NCBI GenBank assembly: GCA_013265495.1
Contig: MU062262.1
Location: 2,046,001-2,110,000 of the forward strand
Source of the DNA: Vicugna vicugna
Lineage: Eukaryota
Reading direction: 5' to 3'
Length of the DNA: 64,000 nt
The position numbers and the translations under genes are program-made. The notes below the pieces were generated by a model, which ran no database searches, was not told the DNA's origin, and saw nothing but the letters and a program-made list of their open reading frames with translations. Positions 1-12,244 of this stretch are shown here, one piece after another (within the stretch, counting starts at the first letter, position 1; each line of letters opens with the position of its first letter).

Positions 1-379
1 ATATGAGCTTGGGATGAAGAACTTAAGGGGAGCCCTCAAACATATCAATTTTTTTAAAAAACAGTGATTTTACATTTTGATGTATCTTTTGTGTCTCAGC
101 TCAAGTTAGGCATGAATGGTGGTGGAGATTTGCCAATGTATTGGGTACTGTGAAGAGTACTTCTGGAATCAGTGGCTTACATATTGTGTCCCTAGTAAAG
201 TTTGCCTTCAGGCTTAAAGCTTGAACTGGTACCACAGAAAACCTTAATCTGTAAATAGACAAACTCTGAGGCTGTTTCTTGTTTGTGGTATGTTGGATCA
301 AACTAATCAACAGGTTTTTTGGTTTTGTTTTACTTTTTTGGTAGTAGCATATCAATTTTTGTAACAGGAATTACTATTT

Positions 380-740
380 CTCATTGATATACTATTTCCC
401 TTTCATTTTGGGCTCAAGAAAAGATTGCACTTTCCACCCCCACCCCTTGAAATTAGTTGAGACCATTTGATTTTCTTTGGACAGCAAAATGTAAGTGAAA
501 TGAAATTTAACACCCTCGATTCTCTACTTCCCCCTTCTCACTGACCTGTGGAATTCCCAATGGTGGTACCTCCATCGTCTTTGGTCCCTAACTGAGGCTG
601 ACATGGGGCAGAGGCCACTGCCAACTGGCAATGGATCCATAGCTAAAGAAGGAAAAACACGTTGGTTGTTATAAACCATTGAAATTTAGGGGTTTTTGCT
701 GTAACAAGACAACCTAGCCTGTTACACCTGCTGTTGATAT
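380..740 (+). mobile_element. MaLR solo LTR, MLT1H/I-like (degraded)
   Basis: The 3' end ttgttataaaccattgaaatttaggggtttttgctgtaacaagacaacctagcc resembles the MLT1 3' end (aagccactgagatttgggg...ataacctagcc). The 5' boundary is uncertain. Confidence 0.5.
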
Positions 741-1429
741 CTAGTAAACTTGATACAACTTTTATTTAAATAACATAAACAGACTAATGAGCTAGTAAGT
801 AGATGATATAATGTAAAAGCGGAAATTAGTGGTGCTTTACTTTTAATGGCAGGCCTGTTCTTTGTAGGAGCATCTTATCCAGTCCTGGGATTCTTTGCTG
901 TTCAGCAAAGCAAACATGTGTGTGCGTGTCTATAGGAATGAAGCCTTAAAGAATTCACAATGGCTGTGCTGGCCCAGTGGCCCAGGCAAATAAACACTAT
1001 TTGCTTCCTTTCCCCTTTCATTTTCTCTGAGAGCTAGAGAGTCATTCAGCTTCCTCCACTGGGACAGTGGTGACAATGATCCTGTTGATCTCTGGAGCCT
1101 CCATGTCATGGTTAAGTCACTTGAAACTGTTTAATAATCTGCAGGTCTTGTTGGGTCATGAAGTCCCAGAGCCTCTTCCTCGTGCATTATCTCCCACCTC
1201 CCTCTTTTTTTCCTTATGAACAGAAGAGTCCCTCAGGATCCTTTACAGTGTATCCATCACAGGCTTGACCACGGTGGGAAAGAGGTTGGGGAAAGTACTT
1301 TCACTATTAGCAGGCACGAATTGAACCAGTCGTAAAAAGTGACAGGCACAAGTGATGAAGAGCTAATTCTTAGACCCCAGCAATTCACCAGTGTCACTTT
1401 TTAATCTGACAGAAGATAATATATAGGTA

Positions 1430-1560
1430 GAGAGGCAAATGTTGTCATGAAAAGAACAAAGAATTTGGAATAAGTGATCTCGTCTCAAAAGCAGTCTCTA
1501 CCATTTATCAGCATTGTGGTTGTAAGTATCTGCTTAACCCAAGCCCAAATCATTCACCAA
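1430..1560 (+). mobile_element. MIR SINE fragment
   Basis: Degenerate MIR core (aaagaatttggaat...tctctaccatttatcagcattgtg...gcttaacc). Confidence 0.4.
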
Positions 1561-2151
1561 TATCCATGGGTGCAGTGACACCTGCCTTCCATGGTAACCC
1601 TGAAGGTGTATTTCAGAAAATGGGATCTCATTCAATGCTTTTTCCATGTTCTTTTTTTCATATTTAATAAACATTCCTATAATCCAGGTGTCCAGGTATC
1701 TATAGCCTTCAAGGGTCACATTTTCCTTCAATGCCCAATCAGCAATAATCTAAACTTCCATCCTCACCTAATCCAAGAAGTCCAATGTTTTCCCTCATTC
1801 TACTCCTCAGCTTTCCTGAGAATCTCTGCAGGATGTGTGCATATTTCACAAACGTATCCTGGCTGTTCTCATCACCTTAGCCTGCTCTCTGGCACCAGAT
1901 TCCTGCTGTGATGCTCTGCAAGTCCCCCTTGCTGTTGTGTAACTCTCCCCTCCAGTTCTTTAGCCCTACAGTGCTTTTTCTCAAAATTTGACCCAGGTCT
2001 GTCTCTTTATTCCCCCCAGCACAGCAAAGACAGGCTCTGACAAGCTTATCTTGGAGGCTTAGGGACAACAGAAAAAGATTTCAGCTTGGTGGGAGGTGGG
2101 GTTGGGGAGGCAGGATTTACATGCCCATTAAGTTCTTAGAATCCTCAGACC

Positions 2152-2314
2152 CAATGTTTTCCAAATGGTCTCTGTATGAAATGAACAGAGTTCTCTGTTA
2201 AACACAGACCTAGTGAATTAGAATCTCTGAGAGTGGGTGCACAGGAATGCATACTGTAATAAACCCCATATGAAATATTTATGAAGTGGGTTCTCAGAAC
2301 ATTGGAAAGGAATT
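2152..2314. mobile_element. hAT-Charlie MITE, MER5-like
   Basis: Termini caatgttttccaaa ... agaacattg, with internal cagacctagtgaattagaatctctg typical of MER5. Confidence 0.55.
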
Positions 2315-2438
2315 GTTTGGGAACTTGTGCCCTTAATTCCCTGTTGCAGGAACCAGATTACATCCAACCAAAAAGAATGATTTGATCATATTTCCCTGAC
2401 CTGGAATAAGAGCCTCCGAACTTCTGCAGGACCAGACT

Positions 2439-2465
2439 AAACAAACAAACAAACAAACAAACAAA
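2439..2465. repeat. (AAAC)n microsatellite, ~6 units
   Basis: Read directly from the sequence. Confidence 0.95.
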
Positions 2466-2559
2466 ATGTACAATAACAACAGTAGCGGGAACAACAAACT
2501 CTTTAAAATGCCCCCTTGGGGAGAACTCTGTTATCTGCATACTCCACATTCATCTTCCT

Positions 2560-3005
2560 TCTTCTTCCTTGCTGATGGAATACTATGTGGTCAAACAATG
2601 TCATGCCTAGTTTCTGGTGCTTAATCAGGACTGGTCCAAGTCAGTTTTGACTATTCTGCCCCGTCTTTCTTAGCCTCCCTTTACAGCCAGGGGTAGCCAT
2701 CTGATCCAATTGCAGGCAATAAAAGGCAACAAGAGACTTTGAGGGGAAGAATCTCTGGGAAATTTTTTTTGCTTTTCTATCTTGAATATAGATGTGATAA
2801 ATGAATAATTGGATCTGTGACAATCAACTTCTGACCATGAAGGAAAGGAAAAGAAAATTGTAGAAACATTGTCGGTTCCTAGAGCAAAGTCAGCATCTGC
2901 TTTACCCCTAGTCTTCCTTTGATGGGAGAAAAATGAAACCCTCTTTTTGGGTCACTGTAGCTGTTTCTTTGTTCTGATTTGTTTTGGCTACTAAAAACGT
3001 TCTCA
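2560..3005 (+). mobile_element. MaLR solo LTR, MLT1J-like
   Basis: tttacagccaggggtagccatctgatccaattg, cttctgaccatgaagg and gagaaaaatgaaaccc match MLT1J-type motifs. Confidence 0.55.
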
Positions 3006-3388
3006 GTCTCAGGCTGTCCTCCCCGTAAGGATAATATTATTTCAGTGCTAACCACAGTGATGATAGCCTTTTATATGACATGACCTATTTAGCTCCTCAT
3101 TATTACAAATATCTCCATTTCAAAAGAGAATCTTGGCTTTTTCAAAACTCTCATTGTTTTTTTCCCTCCTAATTGACGAAGAGGTTTGTCCTTAGAAGTT
3201 TGCTCTGAAAGTGTTTTGCCCTCCACATAAGAAGAAAAGGCTTTGAAGTAAGACTTTTCTCTTTATCTCATCTCCCCTGATCCCTTACACACACACTCCC
3301 GTTCATAGTTTCAGAGACTGAGCACCCTAAGTATGTAAAAATCTTCACTGGTATTATCCACAGTCTCCTAAGAAATGCTCCCATATCT

Positions 3389-4472
3389 GAGAAAATATTT
3401 ACAAGTCATACATCAGATAAGGGGTTAATATCCAAAGTATTTAAGGAATTCATACAACTCAACACACAACCTGACAAAAAAAAGNNNNNNNNNNNNNNNN
3501 NNNNNNNNNNNNNNNNNNNNNNNNNNNNNNNNNNNNNNNNNNNNNNNNNNNNNNNNNNNNNNNNNNNNNNNNNNNNNNNNNNNNNNNNNNNNNNNNNNNN
3601 NNNNNNNNNNNNNNNNNNNNNNNNNNNNNNNNNNNNNNNNNNNNNNNNNNNNNNNNNNNNNNNNNNNNNNNNNNNNNNNNNNNNNNNNNNNNNNNNNNNN
3701 NNNNNNNNNNNNNNNNNNNNNNNNNNNNNNNNNNNNNNNNNNNNNNNNNNNNNNNNNNNNNNNNNNNNNNNNNNNNNNNNNNNNNNNNNNNNNNNNNNNN
3801 NTTATATACATAAAGGAGATGAAATCAGTCCATCAAAAAGATACCTTCATTCCCACATTCATTGCAGCATTGTTCACAGTGGCCAAGATATGGAGACAGT
3901 CTAAATGTCTGCTGATGAATGAGTGGATAAAGAAAGGAAAAAAAAAAATATATATATAGGAATACTATTCAACCTTAAAAAAGGAAGAGATCCTTCCTTT
4001 TGCAACAACATGGATAAGCTTATCAGTCATTATGCTAAATGAAGTAAGTCAGATACAGAGAGAAAAAAAAACTGTGTCACCTCACTTACATGTGGAACCT
4101 AAAAAAGTCAATTGCAAAGAAGCAGAGAATAGAATGCTGGTTATCAAGGGTGGAAAAGGGTGAACTGGTGTGGGAAATGGGGAGATGTTGGTCAGAGGAT
4201 ACCAAATTGCAGGATGAATGAGTCTAGAGATCTATCACATAGCATGATTACTGTAGTTAACACTACACTGAATACTGAAAATTTGCTAAGAGAGTACACT
4301 TCGGGTTGTCTCATCACACACAAAAAAAATGGTAACTTTGTAAGGAGAAGATATGTTCATTGGCTTGACTGTAGCAATCATCTTAGTAAGTATATGTATA
4401 CCAAATCATCATGCTGTATATCTTAAATGTATATAGTTTTTATTTTAAAATAAAATAAAATGAAAAACAAAA
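3389..4472 (+). mobile_element. 5'-truncated LINE-1 (L1MA7/8-like): ORF2 C-terminus, 3' UTR and A-rich tail
   Basis: gagaaaatatttacaagtcatacatcagataaggggttaatatcc (EKIF..DKGLIS) and cccacattcattgcagcattgttcacag (PMFIAALFT), followed by an L1MA-type 3' UTR and an A-rich tail at 4447-4472. It spans the gap. Confidence 0.92.
3485..3801. other. Assembly gap (317 N) inside an L1
   Basis: N run; both flanks are collinear L1 ORF2 sequence. Confidence 1.
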
Positions 4473-4919
4473 AGATTGGCATATTCACATGAATATTCAT
4501 CATCTTATTCTCTCCTCTACATCATGAAACTAAGGAGTCCTATAAACAATGTGGGAAAATTGTCAACTCTAGGCCCATGCCAAGGGCACATGCAGTAGGA
4601 TCCACTGGCATTCCAGAAACAAGACCCCTTAGGCAGGGTCCGAGACAGAGCCAGCCCATATTACGTTACCCTAAAGAAATGTTATACAAAGTCGGCTACA
4701 GGGACATGATTCCCATTAGGCACTTTTGAGGGAAAAAAGAAAGAAAAAGTGTCTCAAGAGCAAATTATGAAAGAAACATTGTATACTACATCGTCTTATT
4801 TTAAGGGATTTTTTTTCCAGTTCCTTGTATGTTCCTAGCAACCACAGGGACTTTAAAAGTATTATTCTTTTTTGCTTGAAAATCTCTTCTTTCCTCCTCA
4901 CCTAAACCTATCTTCCAAT

Positions 4920-5172
4920 TCTCAGCACCATTCTCTCTCCTGATCTTCCCTGACCAGATGGAAAGCTCCTCTGTGTATGCTTATAGCATTATGTACCTTC
5001 CAAAGCAGTGCTACAATGATCATTCTATATTTTATTTGTGTAATTATGTAATAAATGTAATAGACTGTAAACTCTATGAGGACAAGACTATACCAGTTTT
5101 TGCCCATCAGAGTGTCTTTGTATCTGATACAAAGTGGGCACTTAATAAATAGTTGTTGATGGAATGAATGAC
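4920..5172 (+). mobile_element. L2 LINE 3' end
   Basis: gactgtaaactctatgaggacaagact ... cacttaataaatagttgttgatggaatgaatga is the canonical L2 3' tail. Confidence 0.75.
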
Positions 5173-5186
5173 TATAGGCGTTTTAT

Positions 5187-5216
5187 ACACACACACACAC
5201 ACACACACATATATAT
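5187..5216. repeat. (AC)11(AT)n microsatellite
   Basis: Read directly from the sequence. Confidence 0.95.
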
Positions 5217-5449
5217 CTATCTCAGTGGCTCAGAAATATCTTGCAGTAAAGAAATCTGATTAACTTTGCTTAACTCTAGAACTCTATAGACTTCCCACAT
5301 TGGTTTGAGCCACAGACCCTTTTTCCCCCATGTAACTCTCATTAACACCCTGCAAGAGTAAGAGTTCTAAAAAACACACATTAAAACAAGCAAAAAACTT
5401 TTCTGAAACACATTGGCCACACATATTTAATGTCTTAGAGTCTGAAGGA

Positions 5450-5595
5450 GTGTTAAAATTTATATAATTTAAACCACTCAGTTAGCAAAGAACAAGCCAC
5501 AGTGGTTAAGTGTCCTTTCTAAGATCACACAATTAGTTATCAGCAGAAAGCAGACTAAAAATCAGCTCTTCTAATGTCTAGTCAAGTGATCTCCC
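5450..5595 (-). mobile_element. MIR/MIR3 fragment
   Basis: ggttaagtgtcctttctaagatcacacaattagttatcagcagaaagcagactaaaaatcag is the reverse complement of the MIR core. Confidence 0.55.
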
Positions 5596-6774
5596 CATGT
5601 CCATCTATTACTTCCCTAAACCCGGAACTATGTGAATTTAGTCATGCAACAAACTAGAAAAAGGAATGACAGGTCGTTAGGAATTTTACTTAGAGCCATT
5701 CTAGTTTCTCTTCAGTTTCATTAAAGCAATTATTTGTGACTTAGGCATGTAACATATATTCAGACTTAGTCATTTAATATTAATGGCTATAATGTTAAAA
5801 CCTAAAACATGGCCGTTGAATTTCATCTTTAGAGAAGATATTTGTTAATACTAAAAATTTCAGTTTCTACTTTTCGATGTAGCCTCCTGCTCTGATCTAC
5901 TCTAATCTTACTGGCAGTGGTATGACTTTCTTTGCTCATCTCATAACCTTTTTCGCCAGCAGTTCTTTAAATTACAAAAATTTTTATATTACATTTGCAA
6001 GATCTAAATGAGTCCCTGACAAGTGGTGCCAGACTATTGAGTGGTCTATCAGTGGTGCCAGGGTACTCCACCAGAGGTTGGATAGTTACTTCATCAGGGT
6101 CCTACTGCCCAGATTTATTTTAGAAATATGAGTTGAGAAACTTTTGTTTACAGATATTCCTTTTGAAAAAAAGAAAAAGAGCCAATATATCTTTATTGTA
6201 TTTTATTTTTATAGTTTGGTGTGCTTAGAATGGACAATATGATACAGCAAAATAAGAAATAAAGAGGAAAAAAAGGAAATGGTGATATAGAAGGGTAGGG
6301 AGTAAAAATGGGTCAAAGAATGGATGATAGGAAATCGATGAAATACCTCTTGCCCTAAACCACAGAGAACATTTAAACCATGTGTGGGTCCATTCATACT
6401 GTGTCTTCGTCTCCTTTGCACATATGAGTCCATCTGTAATTGATTCTCAAAGCTACCCCTTGGCTAAGCTTTAGAGAGTCCTTTGTCTTACTCTGGTATT
6501 TCTTCACCAGAGTATAGGATTCCTTCATCTTTCTATCCTCCACCCCATTACACATTCCCACACATTCACATGTACACATTTTTTCCCACATATTGGAAAA
6601 CAGGGTTAAGTCACTTTGGAGAGATATTACCCCAGTTTTAGTGTGCAGTTGTTTCTTGAAAACATGATTTTTGGACTTCAACAGATTATAATTAAATCAC
6701 CACCAACCCATGAGAAGGATAGAATTATTCAAAGTCATTGCCTTATCATAGGTCACATAAAATCCACATCGAAA

Positions 6775-6920
6775 TCAATTCAACCTGGCAAATGTTATAT
6801 GGAATCAATGCTATGTGCTAAATTGCAATGAAAGAAACACTCACAGATAAATCAGAACAATCAGGAAATCAGATGAAGCCTCAAGAAGTTTATAATTTAA
6901 AGACAAAAAGAGAGATAGAA
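6775..6920 (-). mobile_element. L2 3'-end fragment
   Basis: attcaacctggcaaatgttatatggaatcaatgctatgtgc...gcctcaagaagtttataattt. Confidence 0.45.
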
Positions 6921-7214
6921 ACTAGTGTTTAGTGGTATCTTTGTGACCCTGAGCCGATTCATGGTTTTGTTTTAACTGCACAATAACATTTAGAACAGTT
7001 TTCAACTCCTAGGACAGTGCCTAGTGGAGTACTAGACCTTCATAAAAACCTGCCAAGTGAAAGGCAATGTATCATCCTATGAGGAATCAAAAATTCAGAG
7101 GAGTCACATAGCTGTTTGAGATTAGGTAGAACTTACAAGTGTAAAAATAATAATGGCTCATAATTTATTGAGCACTTCCCATGTGCCCAGACCTGTTAGT
7201 GCAAAAATTCGATC

Positions 7215-7445
7215 AGCTCAGTAGCCAGGTGCATGAGCTCTGGCACTAACCAGACACGGGTTTATATTTTTGCTCTGCTGGAATTACCAACCCAGGATCA
7301 TAAGACCAAGTGAATGGCTCCACATTGCCAAGCTACAGGTTCTTCATGTATAAAATACAGTTGAAAATACCTCTATTTCAGGGATCTTATAAGAATTAAA
7401 TGAAAAATATGTAAGGTATGTGGCACAGAGTAGTATCTAAGTGAC
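7215..7445 (+). mobile_element. MIR SINE
   Basis: catgagctctggcactaaccagacacgggttt...cttcatgtataaaatacag...gaattaaatgaaaaatatgtaagg...gcacagagtag. Confidence 0.7.
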
Positions 7446-7467
7446 AGAACTAAAATGGGAACTCAGC

Positions 7468-7901
7468 TGTGGCAGAATAAATAGTGTTCCCCCATAGATG
7501 TCCATGTTCTAACCCCCAGAACCTGTGAATGACAAAAGGAACTTTGTAGATGTGATTAAGTTAAGGCTCTTCAGATAGAGAGATTTTCCTGAATTATGTG
7601 AGTGGACCCAAGGTAATGACATGGGTCCTTAGGGAGATAAGAAGGTCAGGGTCAGAGAAGAGATGTGACAATGTCCAAGTCAAAGTAATGTAGCCACAAG
7701 TAAAGAAGTTCAAGCAGCCTCTAGAAGCTGGAAAAGGGCAAAGAACTAATATTTCCCTGGAACATCCAGAAGGAAGGCAGCCCTGCCAATATCTTGATTT
7801 TAGCTCAGTGAGATCCATTTTGGACTTCTGACTTTCAGAATAAATTTGCATGGCTTCAGCTTTGTGGTGATTTGTTACAGCAGCCACAGCAAACCAGTTC
7901 A
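7468..7901 (+). mobile_element. MLT1D MaLR solo LTR, full length
   Basis: Runs TGTGGCAGAATAA...CA with the MLT1D body (aaaaggaactttgtagatgtgattaag, ctctagaagctggaaaagg). Perfect 5-bp TSD TCAGC at 7463-7467 and 7902-7906. Confidence 0.93.
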
Positions 7902-8484
7902 TCAGCACATGCTTTTACCTCTGTGTCTTGCTGCCTTCTGCAAATACAGAATTAAATAAGAAAGAAACCTAATATTTGGCAGACTAGAGCTGGTTTTCTT
8001 TTGAGTTCCTATTCTCTTAACCTGCTTGCTCTTTCTTCTCTCATGGCCAAATGACTTGACACGTCTGTTTCCTCTGTCTGATTGCTTCTTCTGTGGCCAC
8101 TAACTTACATGGAAAGAGAGAGAAAAGGGGGAGGGGAAAAATAAAGGAACCACTGGCAGTAATAAGAGTTTTTTGAGGAAAGGTAGATCCTCTGTACCTG
8201 TGGGTTGTTTCTCTAAGCTAGAAAATGTGGGCCTCTTTTTAAAGGATTGTGATTTTTTCCACTTCTTCCCAAATATGTTTCTACATGCCTCTTTCCCAAC
8301 CCCTACACACAAACCCAGAGCACTTTGGAAAACTGGACAAATCCTCTAATGGAGTCTTAGGTTTTAACTCCAAATCCCCTGCACAGCTTTTTCCATTGTG
8401 TTCCTTCAAGAATGCCTTAACTAAAAAATGGTTATTGTAGTAAATATGCGGGGACATCTCTAATCTTTATTTAGAGATAGTCAA

Positions 8485-10310
8485 TTACTTATTCACTTTT
8501 TAATTCAAGAAAATACATTTGGAGAATTTTGCATGTGCCAAACACTCTTCTGAGGAATCCAACGGTGAGCGAACAGGTCAGATAAAGTTCCTTCCCTCAT
8601 GCACTTATATTCCAGTGGGAGAAATAGACCAATGCAAGCAAACATATTTAAAATGTTTGTCAAAAGAATTGCAAATAGTGCTAAACATTACTAAGGTCAT
8701 GAACTAAGGGCTGAGATAGCTGATAGGGTGTACAGGAAATGGGCAAGGGGAGAGGGTTGCTTTGGGTATGTTAGTTAAGGGAAGATCCCAGACATTTTAG
8801 CTGAGAGTACCTGAAAAGATGAGTAGAAAGAACCTTGTGAAGAATGAGACTGTTGTGGAGAGCATCCCAGAGAAAGAGCACAGAGTGTACAAAGGCTTGA
8901 AGCAGAGAGAAGCTTAAAATGTCCAAGAATTGAAAGATGGTGGTGCGGTTAGAATATAGTGAGATGTGTTTGGAGCCCCTGCAGTTTTAGCTCAAGGAGG
9001 GTCTTGTAGGCAGTAGGAGGGAATTTGATTTGATTTTGTGTGTAGTGGAAAGCAGTTAGAAATTTAAAACAAGCAGTGACATAAACAGATACATGTTTAA
9101 ATCTGCCGTGCTTGTGTTTATTTGCAAAATGGATTTGAGAGGAGCAGGACTGGAAATGGGGAGACTGGTTGATATGCTTTGCAGTATCCCAGGTGAGAGC
9201 TGATGAAGGTCTGATCTAGGGTGGTGGAAGTCAAATCTGTTTGTAAATATGCTAGAAAGAATCTATAAATAGACTAAATATGGTGGAGGGCTCCTGGCTT
9301 GAGTATCTGCGTGGTTGGGGTGCCATTCCAGTTGAGATGGAGATGATAGAGATGAAGAGGAAATAATTTTGACAAAGGAATTGGGAGTTACATTTTGTGC
9401 ATTGAGGTTTCAGAAGTCTGGGAATTATCCAAGTGGAGCTGTCAGGTTGGAAGTTGGATGTGTATATAAGCCTGGAGTTCAAGGAACAGGTCTGAGCCAG
9501 AGATATAAATATGGAAACCATTAGCATACTTATGGTCCTTAAAGTCAAGTGATTTGTGATACAGCTGGAAAATATGTATAAAGCAAGAGGACAGCTCAAG
9601 ATGAAGCCCTGGAGAATTGCCACATTAGATGTCAGACAGAGAAGGAGCAGGAGCCATGGGGACAGAAGGAGAGTGGGCAGTGAGGGAGTAAGACAGCCAG
9701 GTGTATGGTGTGGGCTGCAGTCAAGAGGGCAGAGTGCCAGAGCAGGAGGGAGGAGGCATCTCTGTCAAGTGATGCTAAGGGTTTGAGTGTAGCAAAGACA
9801 GATAGTATAGTATGGATTAGCCAACATGGGAACTGATAACCCTGACCAGATGAAGGTACATCTAGGTCACAAGGTAGATTACAGTGTGTTAACAAGTGAC
9901 TGTAAAGTGAGGAAGTACAGAGAGCATTTGTGTATAGACACTTTTTTCAAGAAATTTGGTTATAATAGGGGACAGATAAATGGAGCAGAAGCTGGCAGGG
10001 AATATGCAGACAATGGAGATTTTTGTGTGTGTAAGATTAGAGATGATAAAACACATCTGTGTGCTGAGGAGAATAAGCAAGTGGATGGAGAGACATTGTT
10101 GATGCATGAGAGAGTAGGTACCTGCAAGAGGAACATTCTTGAGAAAATAGGGAAGAATATGAGCTTGACCTTCAGTAGCAGGGACAGTAAGGAGGCAGGG
10201 TCAATGACAGAAAGATGATGTTGTTCCCACCTAATGGCTACTATTCCTCAATGAATTATGTAAAGTCATCAACTAGGGTTAGTGGGAAGTTTAAAGAAAG
10301 AGAAGAGGAC
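8485..10310 (-). mobile_element. L2a LINE, ~1.8 kb including a decayed RT region
   Basis: 3' tail at ~8490-8620. The minus ORF 9252-9623 (LQGFILSCPLAL...ISLAQTCSLNSRLIYTS...DSSTW) is a decayed L2 RT segment (PQGS.LGP..ISSPDL..DISTW). Confidence 0.88.
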
Positions 10311-11445
10311 ATGAAATTCTAGTCTCATTTGAATTAGATACTTAGCTTCCCTTTAGGGGACTTTATGCTTACTAAGCAACCTTCTGGTTGTAATTGGGCT
10401 TCCTGTTGAATTTGCTGACAGAGAGAAGATGTGCAGGGCAGAGGCTCAAGTGACAGCCCAGGGGAAGTTAGAATTCTCCCAGTAAAATATCTCTTGTGAG
10501 TTTGTTTTTGTGAGCCAACCTGGTCAACTCAGGGATGCAGAGAAGTCCAGATCTTCAGAAGTGCAATCTGAAATATGGCAACTTTATCAACTTTGTATAT
10601 GGTTCTCCTGGCAAAATCCTTGACTTATTTAGCATCTTTCTATTAAACACTAGTAAAGTTTATATCATTTACCTGAGTTAGAGGAGTAAGTAGTAAGGAT
10701 CATTCATTTAGGCTCACAATAGACCATGCATTGTATCGCTTAGAACTATGGACCTGGAGAATCACTGGTTATGATCACTACTTCATAGTCTTAAAGAAGC
10801 ATTGTTTTGTACCCCCAGACACTCTCACCCTTTATCTTGCAATGGAAAAATTTCTGCTTTTCAATTCCTGTAGAAATAACACAAGTCAACAAACAATAGG
10901 GAGAAATAAGGAAGCTCTGAAATTAGCCTGAGAATTAAGGGAACTTTTCCTCATTATCAGGTACATTATGCGTCTACATTTCCCTTGAAGATTTACAGAA
11001 TGTCAGCCAATGGGTTCATAATTGTTGAAAAATAGAGGAGGGATGAAAGAGTTGGTACTGTATCAGAATACGTAACTGCAGGTTATAAATACCCTGGGTG
11101 GCCCAAGCACTGGTCATCACCCTGCTCCCATCATCAAGAAGATTTTGATTTCCAAACATTCATGGAAATGCTACCGTGCAGTTTTTTGTTTGTTTGTTTT
11201 TGCTTTTAAACTGAGTAAATAATGACCATCCAGAGAAAGAGAGTACAGGTTTCTTTTTCTTTGTGTTTTTTTTTTTTTTGATGGGATTCTTTTGCTACTC
11301 CCTTCTGTAACTTCTCAATAAATCATTATGGTAATCATTCTTTTTAAGACTTCATATATTTTTCTGTCAAAAATGCAGGAAAATGATTGTGGGTTCTAGA
11401 TAAACAAAGCTACAGTAAATTTCTTCTATCATAGCCCTTGTGAAC

Positions 11446-11475
11446 GTGTGTGTGTATGTGTGTGTGAGAGAGAGA
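11446..11475. repeat. (GT)n(GA)n compound microsatellite
   Basis: Read directly from the sequence. Confidence 0.9.
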
Positions 11476-11554
11476 AGGAGGAAATAAAGATTTGTTGTTG
11501 TCGTAGGGTGTTTCTTGCAAAACGGAACTCAGCAGAAACATCAGACACAAAAAC

Positions 11555-11695
11555 AGGACAGTTCATTTATTCCAAAAGTATTTATTGAGCATCTAATAGA
11601 AAGAAGGCACTGCACTGGGTATTGGGCACACAGTCTCACATAAAACAGACTTTAGAAAACCCTGCTGTCGTGGAAACTTGCATTCTGGTAGGTGG
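11555..11695 (-). mobile_element. L2 3' end
   Basis: ttcatttattccaaaagtatttattgagcatcta...ggcactgcactggg...cttgcattctggtagg. Confidence 0.7.
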
Positions 11696-12160
11696 CACCT
11701 GACTGTCTATCTCTCTAGCTTTTCCAGAAGTTTTCAATACATGACTGGGAAACCTAAGGGAGTTGAAGCCTTTTGCTTTCTTGTGTCAAATACAACCTGG
11801 CTGGGTCCTTTGTCTCTCTAGTTGATTTAAATGAAACGAGAAGTGACTTTCAGGTGTGTAGTGGTAATACAGCTTGTGGCCAATGAGCAGAAGAAGATGA
11901 TGGTATTATTTACTGTAGAAAAGGAAGTATATCTATAGAGTAGTGAGATTAGATCTATTAAGGTAGCATACAAGTAGCTAGAAAGCAGCCACAAAATATG
12001 ATGGAATCCTTTCTCAGTGGTGATAACATTGTCTTCTGTCCTATTGAAACTTCCATTCCATTTTCTAAGGACACATGTATTCTCTGTCCAACTTTCACTG
12101 GCAGACAAAATCTCAAACACACGTGGGCATTCTCTCTGTTCCTATTTCTCTGTCCCTGCC

Positions 12161-12173
12161 CTCTCTCTCTGTA

Positions 12174-12239
<66 letters not shown>

Positions 12240-12244
12240 TCTCT
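12161..12244. repeat. (CT)n(CA)n compound microsatellite, ~84 bp
   Basis: Read directly from the sequence. It accounts for the low-complexity ORFs 11998-12449. Confidence 0.95.

Noticed and set aside
4437-4455. AT-only palindrome ttttattttaaaataaaa
   Set aside because: Low-complexity junction of the L1 3' UTR and its A-rich tail.
6022-6061. 11-bp direct repeat agtggtgccag with an 18-bp spacer (CRISPR-like look)
   Set aside because: Only two short copies in mammalian DNA. This is not a CRISPR array.
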